Positions 8,217-17,322 of a stretch of DNA of 64,000 nt are shown one piece after another (the stretch's first letter is position 1; every line of letters starts with the position of its first letter). Origin of the DNA: Candidatus Woesearchaeota archaeon (GTDB lineage: Archaea; Nanobdellota; Nanobdellia; Pacearchaeales; GW2011-AR1); contig CAZYZS010000003.1 of the NCBI GenBank assembly GCA_964651965.1, positions 36,625 to 100,624 of the forward strand, in the 5' to 3' direction. The translations under genes and the position numbers were made by a program. The notes under the pieces are model-generated. The model saw nothing but the letters and a program-made list of their open reading frames with translations, ran no database searches and was not told the DNA's origin.

Positions 8217-8942
8217 CTAATCCTCAACTCCCTCTATTAATGGTACAAAAACATACTGTTCTTTTGTTTCATCTCTTTTCAGCTCTCCATTCTTTCTGTA
8301 AATAACAATGGGCCCAGAAACATACGGACAAATCAAAATGCCTCCTTCTTTTAACAGCTCCTCTGCCGCCTTTTCAACTTTTTTCTCGCTTTTCTCATCA
8401 GCAATTCCTGCAGTTATAATTACTTTATCAAAACTTTTTTTCCAGACGCCTCTCTCTGCAAAAATATCTTCAGTCAATAAATAAAGGTTTTCCAGTTTTA
8501 GATAATCTTTTGAGCCTTTTTTCTTAAGTTCCTCTTTCACATCCTTAATGTTGAGTTTAGCCCTCTCAACTAGACTGCTAATCCTGTCAACACTGACTAC
8601 GCTTCCAGGATAGACTAAAAGAGACGCCAAAGAAGCACTCCAACCGCTTCCAGTTCCAACCTCTAATACATTATCTCCTTCTTTTAATTCTGCTAAAATA
8701 AGCATTCTTGCAACAGTGCTCGGCTGGCTTATTGTCTGCCCTTTCCCAATAGGCAAAGCGTTGTCTTCGTATGCCCCTATTTTATTTACTACAAAAAATT
8801 TCCTGTTCAAAACAACCATCGAACTAATTATCTTCCCGAGAAGTTTTTTGTTTCCAAACCTTGAATTAAAAGAATAAACACTCTGTAGCATTTCCTGCAT
8901 ATTTACAGGAGCCTCTTTTATTATCTTCTCTTCTTCATACAT
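8217..8942 (-). CDS. pcm: Protein-L-isoaspartate O-methyltransferase
   Basis: GQTISQPSTVARMLILAELKEGDNVLEVGTGSGWSAS (SAM-binding motif I and the PCMT signature). Confidence 0.8.
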   Translation of the reverse strand: MYEEEKIIKEAPVNMQEMLQSVYSFNSRFGNKKLLGKIISSMVVLNRKFFVVNKIGAYEDNALPIGKGQTISQPSTVARMLILAELKEGDNVLEVGTGSGWSASLASLLVYPGSVVSVDRISSLVERAKLNIKDVKEELKKKGSKDYLKLENLYLLTEDIFAERGVWKKSFDKVIITAGIADEKSEKKVEKAAEELLKEGGILICPYVSGPIVIYRKNGELKRDETKEQYVFVPLIEGVED

Positions 8943-8973
8943 ATCCTAAAATATATTTCTGAATTAATAAATG

Positions 8974-8981
8974 TTTTTAAA
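8974..8981 (+). promoter_or_regulatory. Putative TATA box for SAM synthetase
   Basis: TTTTTAAA about 30 nt before ATG 9010. This supports the internal Met as the true start. Confidence 0.35.
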
Positions 8982-9009
8982 CAAAATAAGGCATCTTCAA
9001 ATTGATAAA

Positions 9010-10185
9010 ATGAGAAACATAATAGTTGAACAAACAACTTCTCCAACAATATACGAGAATCATATAGAGATAATAGAAAGAAAATGCTCTGGGCATCCAG
9101 ATACAATCTGCGATGCCATATGCGAATCTGTCTCCAGAGAGCTCAGCAAAGAGTACATTAAAAGATTTGGCAAAGTTCTTCATCATAATGTAGACAAGGC
9201 CCTATTAGTTGCAGGAGAAAGCAAGCCGGAATTTGGGGGCGGCAAGCTAACTAAAAAAATAAAGATAATAATATCTGGAAGAGCAACCTCGAAAGTCGGA
9301 AATAAAAAAATAGATATCAAAAAGATAGTGGAAGAAGCAGCAGAAGAATATCTTTCTAAGCTTCACGCACTGAAACCTGAACATTACGAGATTATTGCAG
9401 AGATAAACGAGGGTTCTGGGATATTAAAAGAAGTCTTTGCACAAAAAATGCCTCTTTCTAACGATACAAGCATAGGAGTTGGATACGCCCCATTCTCGAA
9501 AACAGAAAAAATTGTGCTTGAAGTAGGAAAAATGCTTAATTCCAAAGAATTCGTAAAAAAATATCCTGCAGTTGGAGAAGATATAAAAATAATGGCTTTA
9601 AGGCAAGGCAGACATATAAAATTAACAATAAGCATGGCTTTTGTTTCTAAATATATTCATAACTTCGACGAATACTACGAGGTGAAAGAAAAAGTAAAAG
9701 AAGAGATCATTAAAAAATCTGGATGTCGAGATATAACAATTAATGCCCTGGATAAAAAAAAGGAAGAAGCTAAAAAAATAGAGGATATTTATTTACACGT
9801 GACTGGTCTTTCCGCAGAAATGGGAGATGACGGGCAAGTAGGAAGAGGAAACAGGATAAACGGCCTTATAACTCCCTACCGAGAAATGACCCTAGAAGCA
9901 GCAGCAGGGAAAAATCCAACAAGACACGTTGGAAAAATATATAATGTAGTAGCAAACATAATAGCCAGCGAGATAGTCAAAAATCTAGGTTTAAAAGAAG
10001 TTCATGTCAAGATTCTTAGCAGAATAGGGAATCCGATAGACCAGCCACAAATAGTAAATATACAAACCCCCTATGAAATAGAAAGAGAAACAGCCATGAA
10101 AATGAAAAAAATAGCAGATTATTGGCTTGCCAACATAACCAAAGTAACAGACATGATTATTGAAGGAAAAGTGGGAATCTATTAA
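9010..10185 (+). CDS. mat: S-adenosylmethionine synthetase, archaeal type
   Basis: ERKCSGHPDTICDAICESVSRELSKEY and the overall ~390-aa archaeal MAT layout. Start taken at MRNIIVEQ rather than 8971. Confidence 0.8.
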   Translation: MRNIIVEQTTSPTIYENHIEIIERKCSGHPDTICDAICESVSRELSKEYIKRFGKVLHHNVDKALLVAGESKPEFGGGKLTKKIKIIISGRATSKVGNKKIDIKKIVEEAAEEYLSKLHALKPEHYEIIAEINEGSGILKEVFAQKMPLSNDTSIGVGYAPFSKTEKIVLEVGKMLNSKEFVKKYPAVGEDIKIMALRQGRHIKLTISMAFVSKYIHNFDEYYEVKEKVKEEIIKKSGCRDITINALDKKKEEAKKIEDIYLHVTGLSAEMGDDGQVGRGNRINGLITPYREMTLEAAAGKNPTRHVGKIYNVVANIIASEIVKNLGLKEVHVKILSRIGNPIDQPQIVNIQTPYEIERETAMKMKKIADYWLANITKVTDMIIEGKVGIY

Positions 10186-10190
10186 AAACC

Positions 10191-10198
10191 TTTAAATA
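10191..10198 (+). promoter_or_regulatory. Putative TATA box for serS
   Basis: TTTAAATA 22 nt before ATG 10220. Confidence 0.4.
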
Positions 10199-10219
10199 AC
10201 CTTTTTTTCTAGTTTTCTT

Positions 10220-11500
10220 ATGATAGATATAAAGCTTATAAGAGAGAATCCGGAAGTTGTAAAAGAAAACATGAAAAAGCGGGGGCTAGAAATTGGTGAG
10301 GTAGACGGACTTCTAAAGTTAGATAAGGAATGGCGCGAATTAAAACAGGAAAATGATAGCCTAAGATCAGAAAGAAATAAGGTAAGCCAAGAGATTAATG
10401 AAGCTAAAAAGAAAAAACAGGATGTTTCGAGATTGCTAAAAAGAGCAAAAGAAATTCCAGAGAAGATAGAAGAAAATGAAAAGCTAATGAAAGAGAAAGA
10501 AGAAGCACGTAATCTGATTTTAATGGACTTGCCAAATATTTTAGAGGACGATGTCCCGACTGGAAAAGATGAGAATGAAAATAAAGAGCTTAAAAAAGTT
10601 GGAAAACCAGAAAAATTTAGTTTTGAACCAAAACATCATCAGGATCTTTTAGAAAAGTTAGACTGTCTAGATGTTGAGCAGGCAGCCAAGGTTGCAGGAG
10701 CAAGATTTTATTATCTGAAAAACCAGATAGTTAAGCTAAATCAAGCATTGCAGGTTTTCGCTTTAGACCTTTTAATGGAGCGGGGATTCAAGCCGATACA
10801 GCCCCCTTATATGCTGAATTTAGCTGCTATGTCCGGAGCAGTCCATGTTTCTGCTTTCAAAGAGGCAATTTATAAAATTCAGGACGAAGATCTTTATCTG
10901 ATAGCAACTGCTGAGCATCCGCTTGTTGCTTATATGCGGGACAAAACTGTACAGGGAAAAGAGCTTCCAATCAGGTTTGTAGGGATATCTCCTTGTTTCA
11001 GAAAGGAAGCTGGAACTCATGGAAAAGATTCAAAAGGAATTTTTAGGATACATCAATTTGAAAAAATAGAACAAGTAGTAATATGCAAAAAAGAACAAGC
11101 TAAAGAGGAATTCAATCTTTTATTAAAAAACCTGGAAGATATTTTTAAGGCATTAGAAATTCCTTATAGGCTAATTATTTTATGTTCTGGGGATACTGGG
11201 AAAAAAGACGCAAAAACAATTGACTTAGAGGGATGGTTTCCTTCACAAGGAAAATACAGGGAATTGGGGTCATGTTCTACATTAAAAGATTATCAAGGAA
11301 GGCGCTCAAATATTAAATATATGGAAGGCGGAAAATTGATTATAGCAGACACCCTTAATAATACTGCAATTGCAACAGAAAGGGCTATGGCCTGTTTGGT
11401 CGAGAATTTTCAGCAAAAAGATGGCTCAATAAAAATTCCAAAAGCATTATGGAAGTATACTGGATTCAAGGAAATAAAAGCTAAGCAGGTCAAAAAGTAA
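10220..11500 (+). CDS. serS: Seryl-tRNA synthetase
   Basis: N-terminal coiled-coil arm (MIDIKLIRENPE..) and class II motifs (..FRKEAG.., ..GDTG.., ..NNTAIATERAM..). Confidence 0.9.
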   Translation: MIDIKLIRENPEVVKENMKKRGLEIGEVDGLLKLDKEWRELKQENDSLRSERNKVSQEINEAKKKKQDVSRLLKRAKEIPEKIEENEKLMKEKEEARNLILMDLPNILEDDVPTGKDENENKELKKVGKPEKFSFEPKHHQDLLEKLDCLDVEQAAKVAGARFYYLKNQIVKLNQALQVFALDLLMERGFKPIQPPYMLNLAAMSGAVHVSAFKEAIYKIQDEDLYLIATAEHPLVAYMRDKTVQGKELPIRFVGISPCFRKEAGTHGKDSKGIFRIHQFEKIEQVVICKKEQAKEEFNLLLKNLEDIFKALEIPYRLIILCSGDTGKKDAKTIDLEGWFPSQGKYRELGSCSTLKDYQGRRSNIKYMEGGKLIIADTLNNTAIATERAMACLVENFQQKDGSIKIPKALWKYTGFKEIKAKQVKK

Positions 11501-11501
11501 A

Positions 11502-11756
11502 ATGGCTCTACGATCCAAACGCTATGATACAATATATCTTAATAGGAACGAAATAAGAATGGGCGTTGGCGCTCCAGAGCCATCTAAAGAACCGCCTTAT
11601 TACCAGTTTGTTAAAGATTTTAAAGGGTGCATGAGGGCAGTAAAGCGTTTTGCAGTAAATCTAATTGGTTATTTTAGAAGCGGGGATAGCAACCCCAATA
11701 ATGAAAGTTCAGACATGAGAAATAGGAGTTCTAGAGATTTAGGTGCATCTTTATGA
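11502..11756 (+). CDS. Hypothetical small protein (orphan), coupled to serS stop
   Basis: 84-aa ORF starting 1 nt after the serS stop. No motif recognised; coding status uncertain. Confidence 0.3.
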   Translation: MALRSKRYDTIYLNRNEIRMGVGAPEPSKEPPYYQFVKDFKGCMRAVKRFAVNLIGYFRSGDSNPNNESSDMRNRSSRDLGASL

Positions 11757-11804
11757 GCCCTTAGAATAAGCCTTTTTGGGTAAGCGGTGATTATAGGAAC
11801 CTAG

Positions 11805-12413
11805 ATGGTAAAGATTAATGGAAAAGAAATTCAAGAATTAGGAAGGAAAATTCTCCACATACTTATGGGCATAACTGCACTGCTCTTGATTATTTATGAG
11901 ATTCTAACCCCCTTAATCATCTTTATCCTTTTTGCTATCTCAGTAATGCTAAGCCTTTTTAGCTTGTACTACAAATTGCCGATAGTTAATTTTTTCCTGA
12001 ACAATTTCGAAAGAGATAGAGATAAACACCAGCTTCCAGGAAAAGGTTTTTTGTTTGCAGCAGCAGGAACACTCCTAGCTCTAAGATTGTTTGAAAGAGA
12101 CATTGCACTTGCCTCAATAATAATCTTGATTTTTGCCGACCCAATCTCTTACCTGGTTGGAAAGTACTTTGGGAAAACCCAATCTTTCCTGGATAGAAGA
12201 AAAAACGTTGAAGGAAATATTGCAGGTTTTTTAATAAGCTCCCTCCTAGCCCTTTTCTTTGTAAGCCCTGTTCTAGCTATCGCAGGAAGTCTCATAGCCA
12301 TGTTATTCGAATCTCTAATAATAGAAATACAAAGAATACAACTAGATGATAATTTAATAATCCCCCTAACAGCAGGCACAACCATGTTTCTAATAAGAAC
12401 TTTTTTAATGTAA
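11805..12413 (+). CDS. Polyprenol (dolichol/phytol) kinase-like membrane protein, CTP-transferase family
   Basis: Multi-TM protein with ADPISYLVGKYFGK...NVEGNIAGF, resembling the CdsA/dolichol kinase C-terminal motif. Confidence 0.5.
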   Translation: MVKINGKEIQELGRKILHILMGITALLLIIYEILTPLIIFILFAISVMLSLFSLYYKLPIVNFFLNNFERDRDKHQLPGKGFLFAAAGTLLALRLFERDIALASIIILIFADPISYLVGKYFGKTQSFLDRRKNVEGNIAGFLISSLLALFFVSPVLAIAGSLIAMLFESLIIEIQRIQLDDNLIIPLTAGTTMFLIRTFLM

Positions 12414-12444
12414 CATTTAAATATAATCTAAGATAAATAATTCT

Positions 12445-13065
12445 ATGATTAGCTCAAAAAAAGATAAAAGAAAAAAACTGAAGATACTTGCAGCAGGTGA
12501 TTTGCATGGGGATACAAAGCTTGCAGAAAATCTTGCAAAAAGAGCTGAAAAAGAGAAAGTTGACCTTGTGATACTCAACGGAGACATAACTGGATTAATA
12601 GAAACAGAGAATCTCATAAGACCATTCACCAAGCGCAATGAAAAAGTAGTTTTTGTTCCTGGAAACTGGGACGACCCAGATACTGCCTCTTTCCTCTCCA
12701 AATATTATGGAATTAAAAATATCGACAATTACTACGTAAAGTACAAAGACGTGGGAATTTTTGGAGCGGGCAATGCCAGAGGAGCGCTAGAAACAGAAGA
12801 AGAAACTTTCAAGAAATTAGAAAAAAACTTCAAGAAAGTAAAAAATCTAGAAAAAAAAGTTATGGTAACGCATATGCACGCAGCAGGAACAAAATCAGAG
12901 CTTTCAGGATTTCCAGGAAACGAAGGAATAAGAAAAGCAGTTGAAAAATTCCAGCCGGATTTGTTTATCTCAGGCCATATCCACGAACTAGAAGGTGTGG
13001 AAGAAAAAATAGGCAAGACAAGAGTAATCAATGTAGGCAAAAAAGGAAAGATTATAGAAATCTAA
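12445..13065 (+). CDS. Metallophosphoesterase (calcineurin-like)
   Basis: GDLHGD, NGDITG, GNWD, THMH and SGHIHE motifs in the canonical order. Confidence 0.8.
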   Translation: MISSKKDKRKKLKILAAGDLHGDTKLAENLAKRAEKEKVDLVILNGDITGLIETENLIRPFTKRNEKVVFVPGNWDDPDTASFLSKYYGIKNIDNYYVKYKDVGIFGAGNARGALETEEETFKKLEKNFKKVKNLEKKVMVTHMHAAGTKSELSGFPGNEGIRKAVEKFQPDLFISGHIHELEGVEEKIGKTRVINVGKKGKIIEI

Positions 13066-13604
13066 CCACAACTTACTTCAAATGGCTCTCCGCCGATTTT
13101 TCCTCTTATTCTATAAACAGCGAACATATCAGCATCTGAGCGTACTTCCATTGTTACAGGGTTATGGTTTCTTGAAGAAATTGACAGAAATCCAAGAGCC
13201 CTCCGCCTAGCCTCTTCACAATCCATTGTCTCTCCACTGAAATAAAACTGCACTAAACCGCTATTATCTACTATTGCCCCAACACCCCCGTCTAAAAAAG
13301 GAAGGCAGAACCTTACTTTCCCTTCGACAAGAGAATGCTCTTCAGAATCAGCACCCAAAGCATCTACAAGACTTCTTCGTACAGGCGCAGGGTCAGTAAT
13401 TTGTTTTACTGGAACATAATTTCCTACAGCTGCAGGTTTAGTAGCCATCTTATCAAGACGTCTATGAAATCTACCATAAGCATAACACCCCAACCCATAT
13501 GCTACTAAAGCCAAAGCTCCTGCCGCATATGAAACATAGGGATGCAAATGCCCGAAGTTGTCAAAAAATTGATTTAAGCCCATAAAAACAAAATTAAGAG
13601 CCAA
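13062..13604 (-). CDS. Hypothetical membrane-anchored protein (orphan, G+C-richer)
   Basis: 180 aa. One hydrophobic segment (YVSYAAGALALVAYGLGCYAY) followed by a soluble domain. No motif recognised. Confidence 0.5.
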   Translation of the reverse strand: MALNFVFMGLNQFFDNFGHLHPYVSYAAGALALVAYGLGCYAYGRFHRRLDKMATKPAAVGNYVPVKQITDPAPVRRSLVDALGADSEEHSLVEGKVRFCLPFLDGGVGAIVDNSGLVQFYFSGETMDCEEARRRALGFLSISSRNHNPVTMEVRSDADMFAVYRIRGKIGGEPFEVSCG

Positions 13605-13658
13605 TATTTAAACTTTTCTAGTGTAGTTATTTTATAGTAATTACAAAATAGATAATCT

Positions 13659-13943
13659 TCAATTTCTGCAAAAGCATCTGGGATAAGTGACCATATCCAG
13701 AGCAATAGGATTCCATAAGCATTGCCCTTCTGTAAGATTAGCATTTTCGCTTATTTCAATCTGATATATTTGTGGAGAATCTCTGGCAACTTTAACGCAA
13801 AATCCCCCTCTAAATCCTTCTCCTATACAGTATTTTACACATGCATTCTCATTTTCAATCGGCACTAGCAAAACATAGGCTACAACCAGTATTAAGCCAA
13901 AAAAAATTACAAATACCAGTACATTAAATAGCCCTGAATCCAT
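13659..13943 (-). CDS. Small secreted/anchored Cys-containing protein
   Basis: Start taken at MDSGLFNVLVFVIFF (signal anchor). The longer 14039 start would overlap topA. There are 6 Cys in the C-terminal half. Confidence 0.4.
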   Translation of the reverse strand: MDSGLFNVLVFVIFFGLILVVAYVLLVPIENENACVKYCIGEGFRGGFCVKVARDSPQIYQIEISENANLTEGQCLWNPIALDMVTYPRCFCRN

Positions 13944-14031
13944 AAAATATAAAGAAAAATGCAATATAAAAGCATTTCTAAGAAAAAAGTCTAATAAGAA
14001 GATATAAAAAGACCCTTTAATTCGCTTAAAA

Positions 14032-16239
14032 ATGGCCAATCAACTAGCAACAGAAATCCCAATAGCCCCTGAAAATGTAAGGATTTCAATAGAAGTTCCT
14101 GTAAAAAAGCCCTCTCAAGAACAGCTGATAAAAATTGAAAAGCAAGGCAAGAAAGTAGTAAAAAAAGAAAGAAAGCCAAAAGTATCAAAAAACGCCGAGC
14201 TTATTATAACAGAAAAGCCAGCTGCAGCAGAAAAAATAGCTACAGCTTTAGGAAAAGCACAAAAGAGAAATATAGGCGGAGCTCCATATTATGAACTAGA
14301 AAAAGATGGCAAAAGAATCCTGATTGGATGCGCTGTAGGGCATTTATTCTCTTTAAAACAGATGTCAGGAAAAGGATGGCCGGTTTTTGATATAGCATGG
14401 GAGCCTAATTTTAAAGTCAAGAAAAAGGACTGGAGCAAAAAATATTACAATGCACTGCAAAAGTTGTGCAAAGAAGCAGATTCTTACATAATAGCCTGCG
14501 ACTATGATATAGAAGGAGAGGTGATAGGCTGGAATGTTTTGAGATTCATATGCAAAAAAAACAACGCCAAAAGAATGAAGTTCTCGACTCTTACACCCAC
14601 AGAACTAAAGCAGTCTTATGAGCAAGTTATGCCAGAAATAGACTATGGACAGGCTTATGCAGGAGAAACCAGGCACAAATTAGACTGGCTCTATGGAATT
14701 AATCTATCCAGAGCACTAATGGAAGCTATTAAAAAAACCGGAAGTTTTAAGATAATGTCCATCGGAAGAGTCCAGGGCCCTGCCTTACATTTAATAGTAG
14801 AAAAAGAAAAAGCAATCCAGAGTTTTAAGCCAGAGCCTTTCTGGCAAGTTTTTCTCTCAGTAAAAAACAGCCATCAGATAGAGGTTAAATTTCCAAAGGA
14901 TATAACAAAAAAAGAGGAGCTGGATAAATTTAAGACATTAAAAGGTAAAGAAGGCATAGCATCAACATCAAAAGCACAGGAAAAAATTCCCCCACCAGCC
15001 CCTTTTGACCTAACTACTTTACAGACAGAAGCTTACAAATTCCACGGATTAAATCCTTCAAGAACTTTAGCTTTAGCCCAGCAGCTCTATCTTGCAGGAC
15101 TAATATCTTATCCTCGTACTTCTTCTCAAAAGCTCCCACCGAGCATAGAATACAAGGATATATTAAAAAAGTTGTCAAAAAATTATAAAAATTTTACAGA
15201 CTATGCAAAAAAAGCAAAGCCGGTAGAAGGAAATAAATCAGATCCGGCCCATCCATCCATCTACCCAACAGGAGATCACAAAGACCTTTCACTAGAAGAA
15301 AAGAGAGTCTATGAACTTATTGTAAAAAGATTTATTTCCTGTTTCTGTGAATCTGCTGTACTTGAAGACAAAAAAATAGAAGTGATTGTTGATTCTTTAA
15401 AATTCATGACAAAAGGAACAAAGATACTTGAAAAAGGATGGATGAACGTCTATCCCGCAAAAATTCAGGAAGCAGATTTACCAGACTTAAATGGTAAAGT
15501 CAAAGTTCTGGAAGTGCGGATTGAAGAAAAAATGACCCAGCCTCCAAAAAGGTATACTCCCGCTTCTATTATCCGCGAGTTAGAAAAAAAATCCCTAGGA
15601 ACAAAAGCTACAAGAGCTGCAATAGTCGAGACTTTATTTGATAGAGGATACGTTAAAGGAAGGAGCATAGAAGCTACAAAACTAGGAATCTCCCTAATAG
15701 AAAGCTTAGAAAAACATTCGCCAATAATAATCGATGAAAAACTCACTCGCGACTTTGAGAAGCAGATGGAGTCTATCCAAACTTCGAAAAAAGAGCAGAA
15801 AGAGAAATCAGAAAAAGTGATTGAAGAGGCAAAAACTAAGCTACTAGAAATAGAAAAACAATTTAGAAAAGAAGAAGATAAAATAGGCCAGGAACTCTTA
15901 TCTTCAATTAATCATATAAGAGACCAGGAAAGGCAGGAAAATACACTTACAAAATGCCCTAAATGCAACAAAGGAGACTTAAGGATACTCTACAATAAAA
16001 CAAGCAGGAGATACTTTATTGCCTGCTCTGCTTATCCTGAATGCAGAAATACCTACACTCTCCCTCCTTATGGACTGATGAAGCCTTCTATGATAGAAGA
16101 CAAAGAAGGAAACAGAACCAATGAAAAATGCCCTGAATGTAACTTTCCATTAATGCTAGCAATCAAAAAAGGCAAACGTCCTTGGAAATTTTGCTTTAAT
16201 TCAGAATGCCCAACGAGAAAACAAGTTGTTTCAAATTAA
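14032..16239 (+). CDS. topA: DNA topoisomerase, type IA
   Basis: Toprim start LIITEKPAAAEKIA, DYDIEGE, an active-site region (SYPRTSSQ with Tyr), and C-terminal CPKC...C..C / CPEC zinc ribbons. It also has a Lys-rich ~55-aa N-terminal extension. Confidence 0.85.
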   Translation: MANQLATEIPIAPENVRISIEVPVKKPSQEQLIKIEKQGKKVVKKERKPKVSKNAELIITEKPAAAEKIATALGKAQKRNIGGAPYYELEKDGKRILIGCAVGHLFSLKQMSGKGWPVFDIAWEPNFKVKKKDWSKKYYNALQKLCKEADSYIIACDYDIEGEVIGWNVLRFICKKNNAKRMKFSTLTPTELKQSYEQVMPEIDYGQAYAGETRHKLDWLYGINLSRALMEAIKKTGSFKIMSIGRVQGPALHLIVEKEKAIQSFKPEPFWQVFLSVKNSHQIEVKFPKDITKKEELDKFKTLKGKEGIASTSKAQEKIPPPAPFDLTTLQTEAYKFHGLNPSRTLALAQQLYLAGLISYPRTSSQKLPPSIEYKDILKKLSKNYKNFTDYAKKAKPVEGNKSDPAHPSIYPTGDHKDLSLEEKRVYELIVKRFISCFCESAVLEDKKIEVIVDSLKFMTKGTKILEKGWMNVYPAKIQEADLPDLNGKVKVLEVRIEEKMTQPPKRYTPASIIRELEKKSLGTKATRAAIVETLFDRGYVKGRSIEATKLGISLIESLEKHSPIIIDEKLTRDFEKQMESIQTSKKEQKEKSEKVIEEAKTKLLEIEKQFRKEEDKIGQELLSSINHIRDQERQENTLTKCPKCNKGDLRILYNKTSRRYFIACSAYPECRNTYTLPPYGLMKPSMIEDKEGNRTNEKCPECNFPLMLAIKKGKRPWKFCFNSECPTRKQVVSN

Positions 16240-16280
16240 GGGCAAGAAAGGTTTTTAAATAAAAAAAGCATTATAAAAAG

Positions 16281-16919
16281 ATGGCAGTAAAAAAGAGGCG
16301 AAAAAGCAAGTCTGACTCCTGGGCAAAAAAGATAGAAGAAAATAAGTATAAAATTACACTCGCGGTTGTTTTGCTGGCAATAGCTTCTTTTATAGATTTT
16401 TTAGCAGGGAGTTACACAACTTCAATTCAAGGAGTACATGTAGACGACCTTCTTTTAGACCTGTTTAAGCCAATAAACTTAGGAATTCTTTTTGTATGGG
16501 GATACCTATTGATAGTACTTATATATTTTGCATACCCCGTTTTTTTTAGGCCAGAGAAAATACATCTGGCAGTAACTATGTTCAGCTTATTAATTCTTAC
16601 AAGGTCGATATCTATGATCCTAACTCATTTAGCAACTCCTCCAGATGCTATTCCAGTTAATTTTCCCTCAATTTTTGTTTATCTTAGGTTCAAAAACGAT
16701 TTATTCTTTTCAGGACACACTGCCCTGCCCTTTCTCGGCTTTCTAATTTTTAAAAAAAGAGTGATGAAATATTTCATGTTAATCTGCTCATTTGTAATGG
16801 CTGCAACAGTTCTTTTAATGCATCAACATTATTCCATAGATGTTTTTGCAGCATTTTTCATATCCTATGGAATTTACAGGATTGGCGAAAAAATATTCAA
16901 GAATGGCTTGGAAGAATAA
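16281..16919 (+). CDS. PAP2_C / sphingomyelin-synthase-like membrane phosphotransferase
   Basis: Multi-TM protein with FFSGHTALPF and HQHYSIDVFAAFF (the SGH...H-Y-S-x-D pair typical of PAP2_C). Confidence 0.5.
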   Translation: MAVKKRRKSKSDSWAKKIEENKYKITLAVVLLAIASFIDFLAGSYTTSIQGVHVDDLLLDLFKPINLGILFVWGYLLIVLIYFAYPVFFRPEKIHLAVTMFSLLILTRSISMILTHLATPPDAIPVNFPSIFVYLRFKNDLFFSGHTALPFLGFLIFKKRVMKYFMLICSFVMAATVLLMHQHYSIDVFAAFFISYGIYRIGEKIFKNGLEE

Positions 16920-16921
16920 AG

Positions 16922-16929
16922 TTTAAAAA
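16922..16929 (+). promoter_or_regulatory. Putative TATA box
   Basis: TTTAAAAA then CCC, 25 nt before ATG 16954. Confidence 0.4.
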
Positions 16930-16953
16930 CCCCTCTTTCTAAAAGAAAATACA

Positions 16954-17253
16954 ATGCCATTATATGATATGCACTGCACCGGTCCAGGATGTAATTATAC
17001 TGGCGAGTATCTTTTAAGGCACAGAGATGAAACACTAAAATGCCCAAGATGCAAAGAAGGAGAGCTTGTTAGAAATGGGGTACAGTGTTTTAATATTGGA
17101 AGCGGTAATAGAAAGGATTCAATAGATATTTCAGTTAGCTCTCAAAATGTATGCCTCCCTGCTTATGCAATAAGCCCTTCTGGGCTTCACGAAGGAGTTG
17201 CAATAGGCGAGTTAATTAGTGTAAGAAGGAATAGAACTTCTTCTAAAAACTAA
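16954..17253 (+). CDS. FmdB-family (CxxC_CxxC_SSSS) zinc-ribbon protein, bacterial-like
   Basis: MPLYDMHCTGPGCNYTGEYLLRHRDETLKCPRCKEGELVR matches the MP.Y.Y.C..C...FE.......CP.CG pattern. Confidence 0.55.
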   Translation: MPLYDMHCTGPGCNYTGEYLLRHRDETLKCPRCKEGELVRNGVQCFNIGSGNRKDSIDISVSSQNVCLPAYAISPSGLHEGVAIGELISVRRNRTSSKN

Positions 17254-17270
17254 ATCCACCCTTTTTTTCT
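17251..17270 (+). repeat. Direct repeat copy 1: TAAATCCACCCTTTTTTTCT (contains T7 run, likely terminator)
   Basis: Exact 20-nt match to 17651-17670. It begins with the stop codon of the 16954 gene. Confidence 0.8.
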
Positions 17271-17295
17271 ATATGTTCTCTGTTGCAATAATCTT

Positions 17296-17303
17296 TTTAT
17301 ATA
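17296..17303 (+). promoter_or_regulatory. Putative TATA box
   Basis: TTTATATA 20 nt before ATG 17323. Confidence 0.35.
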
Positions 17304-17322
17304 ATCAGCTCTTAAGCAAGTC

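Noticed and set aside
12417-13040. Minus-strand ORFs 12417-12701 and 12732-13040
   Set aside because: They are antisense to the metallophosphoesterase, which shows all five canonical motifs.
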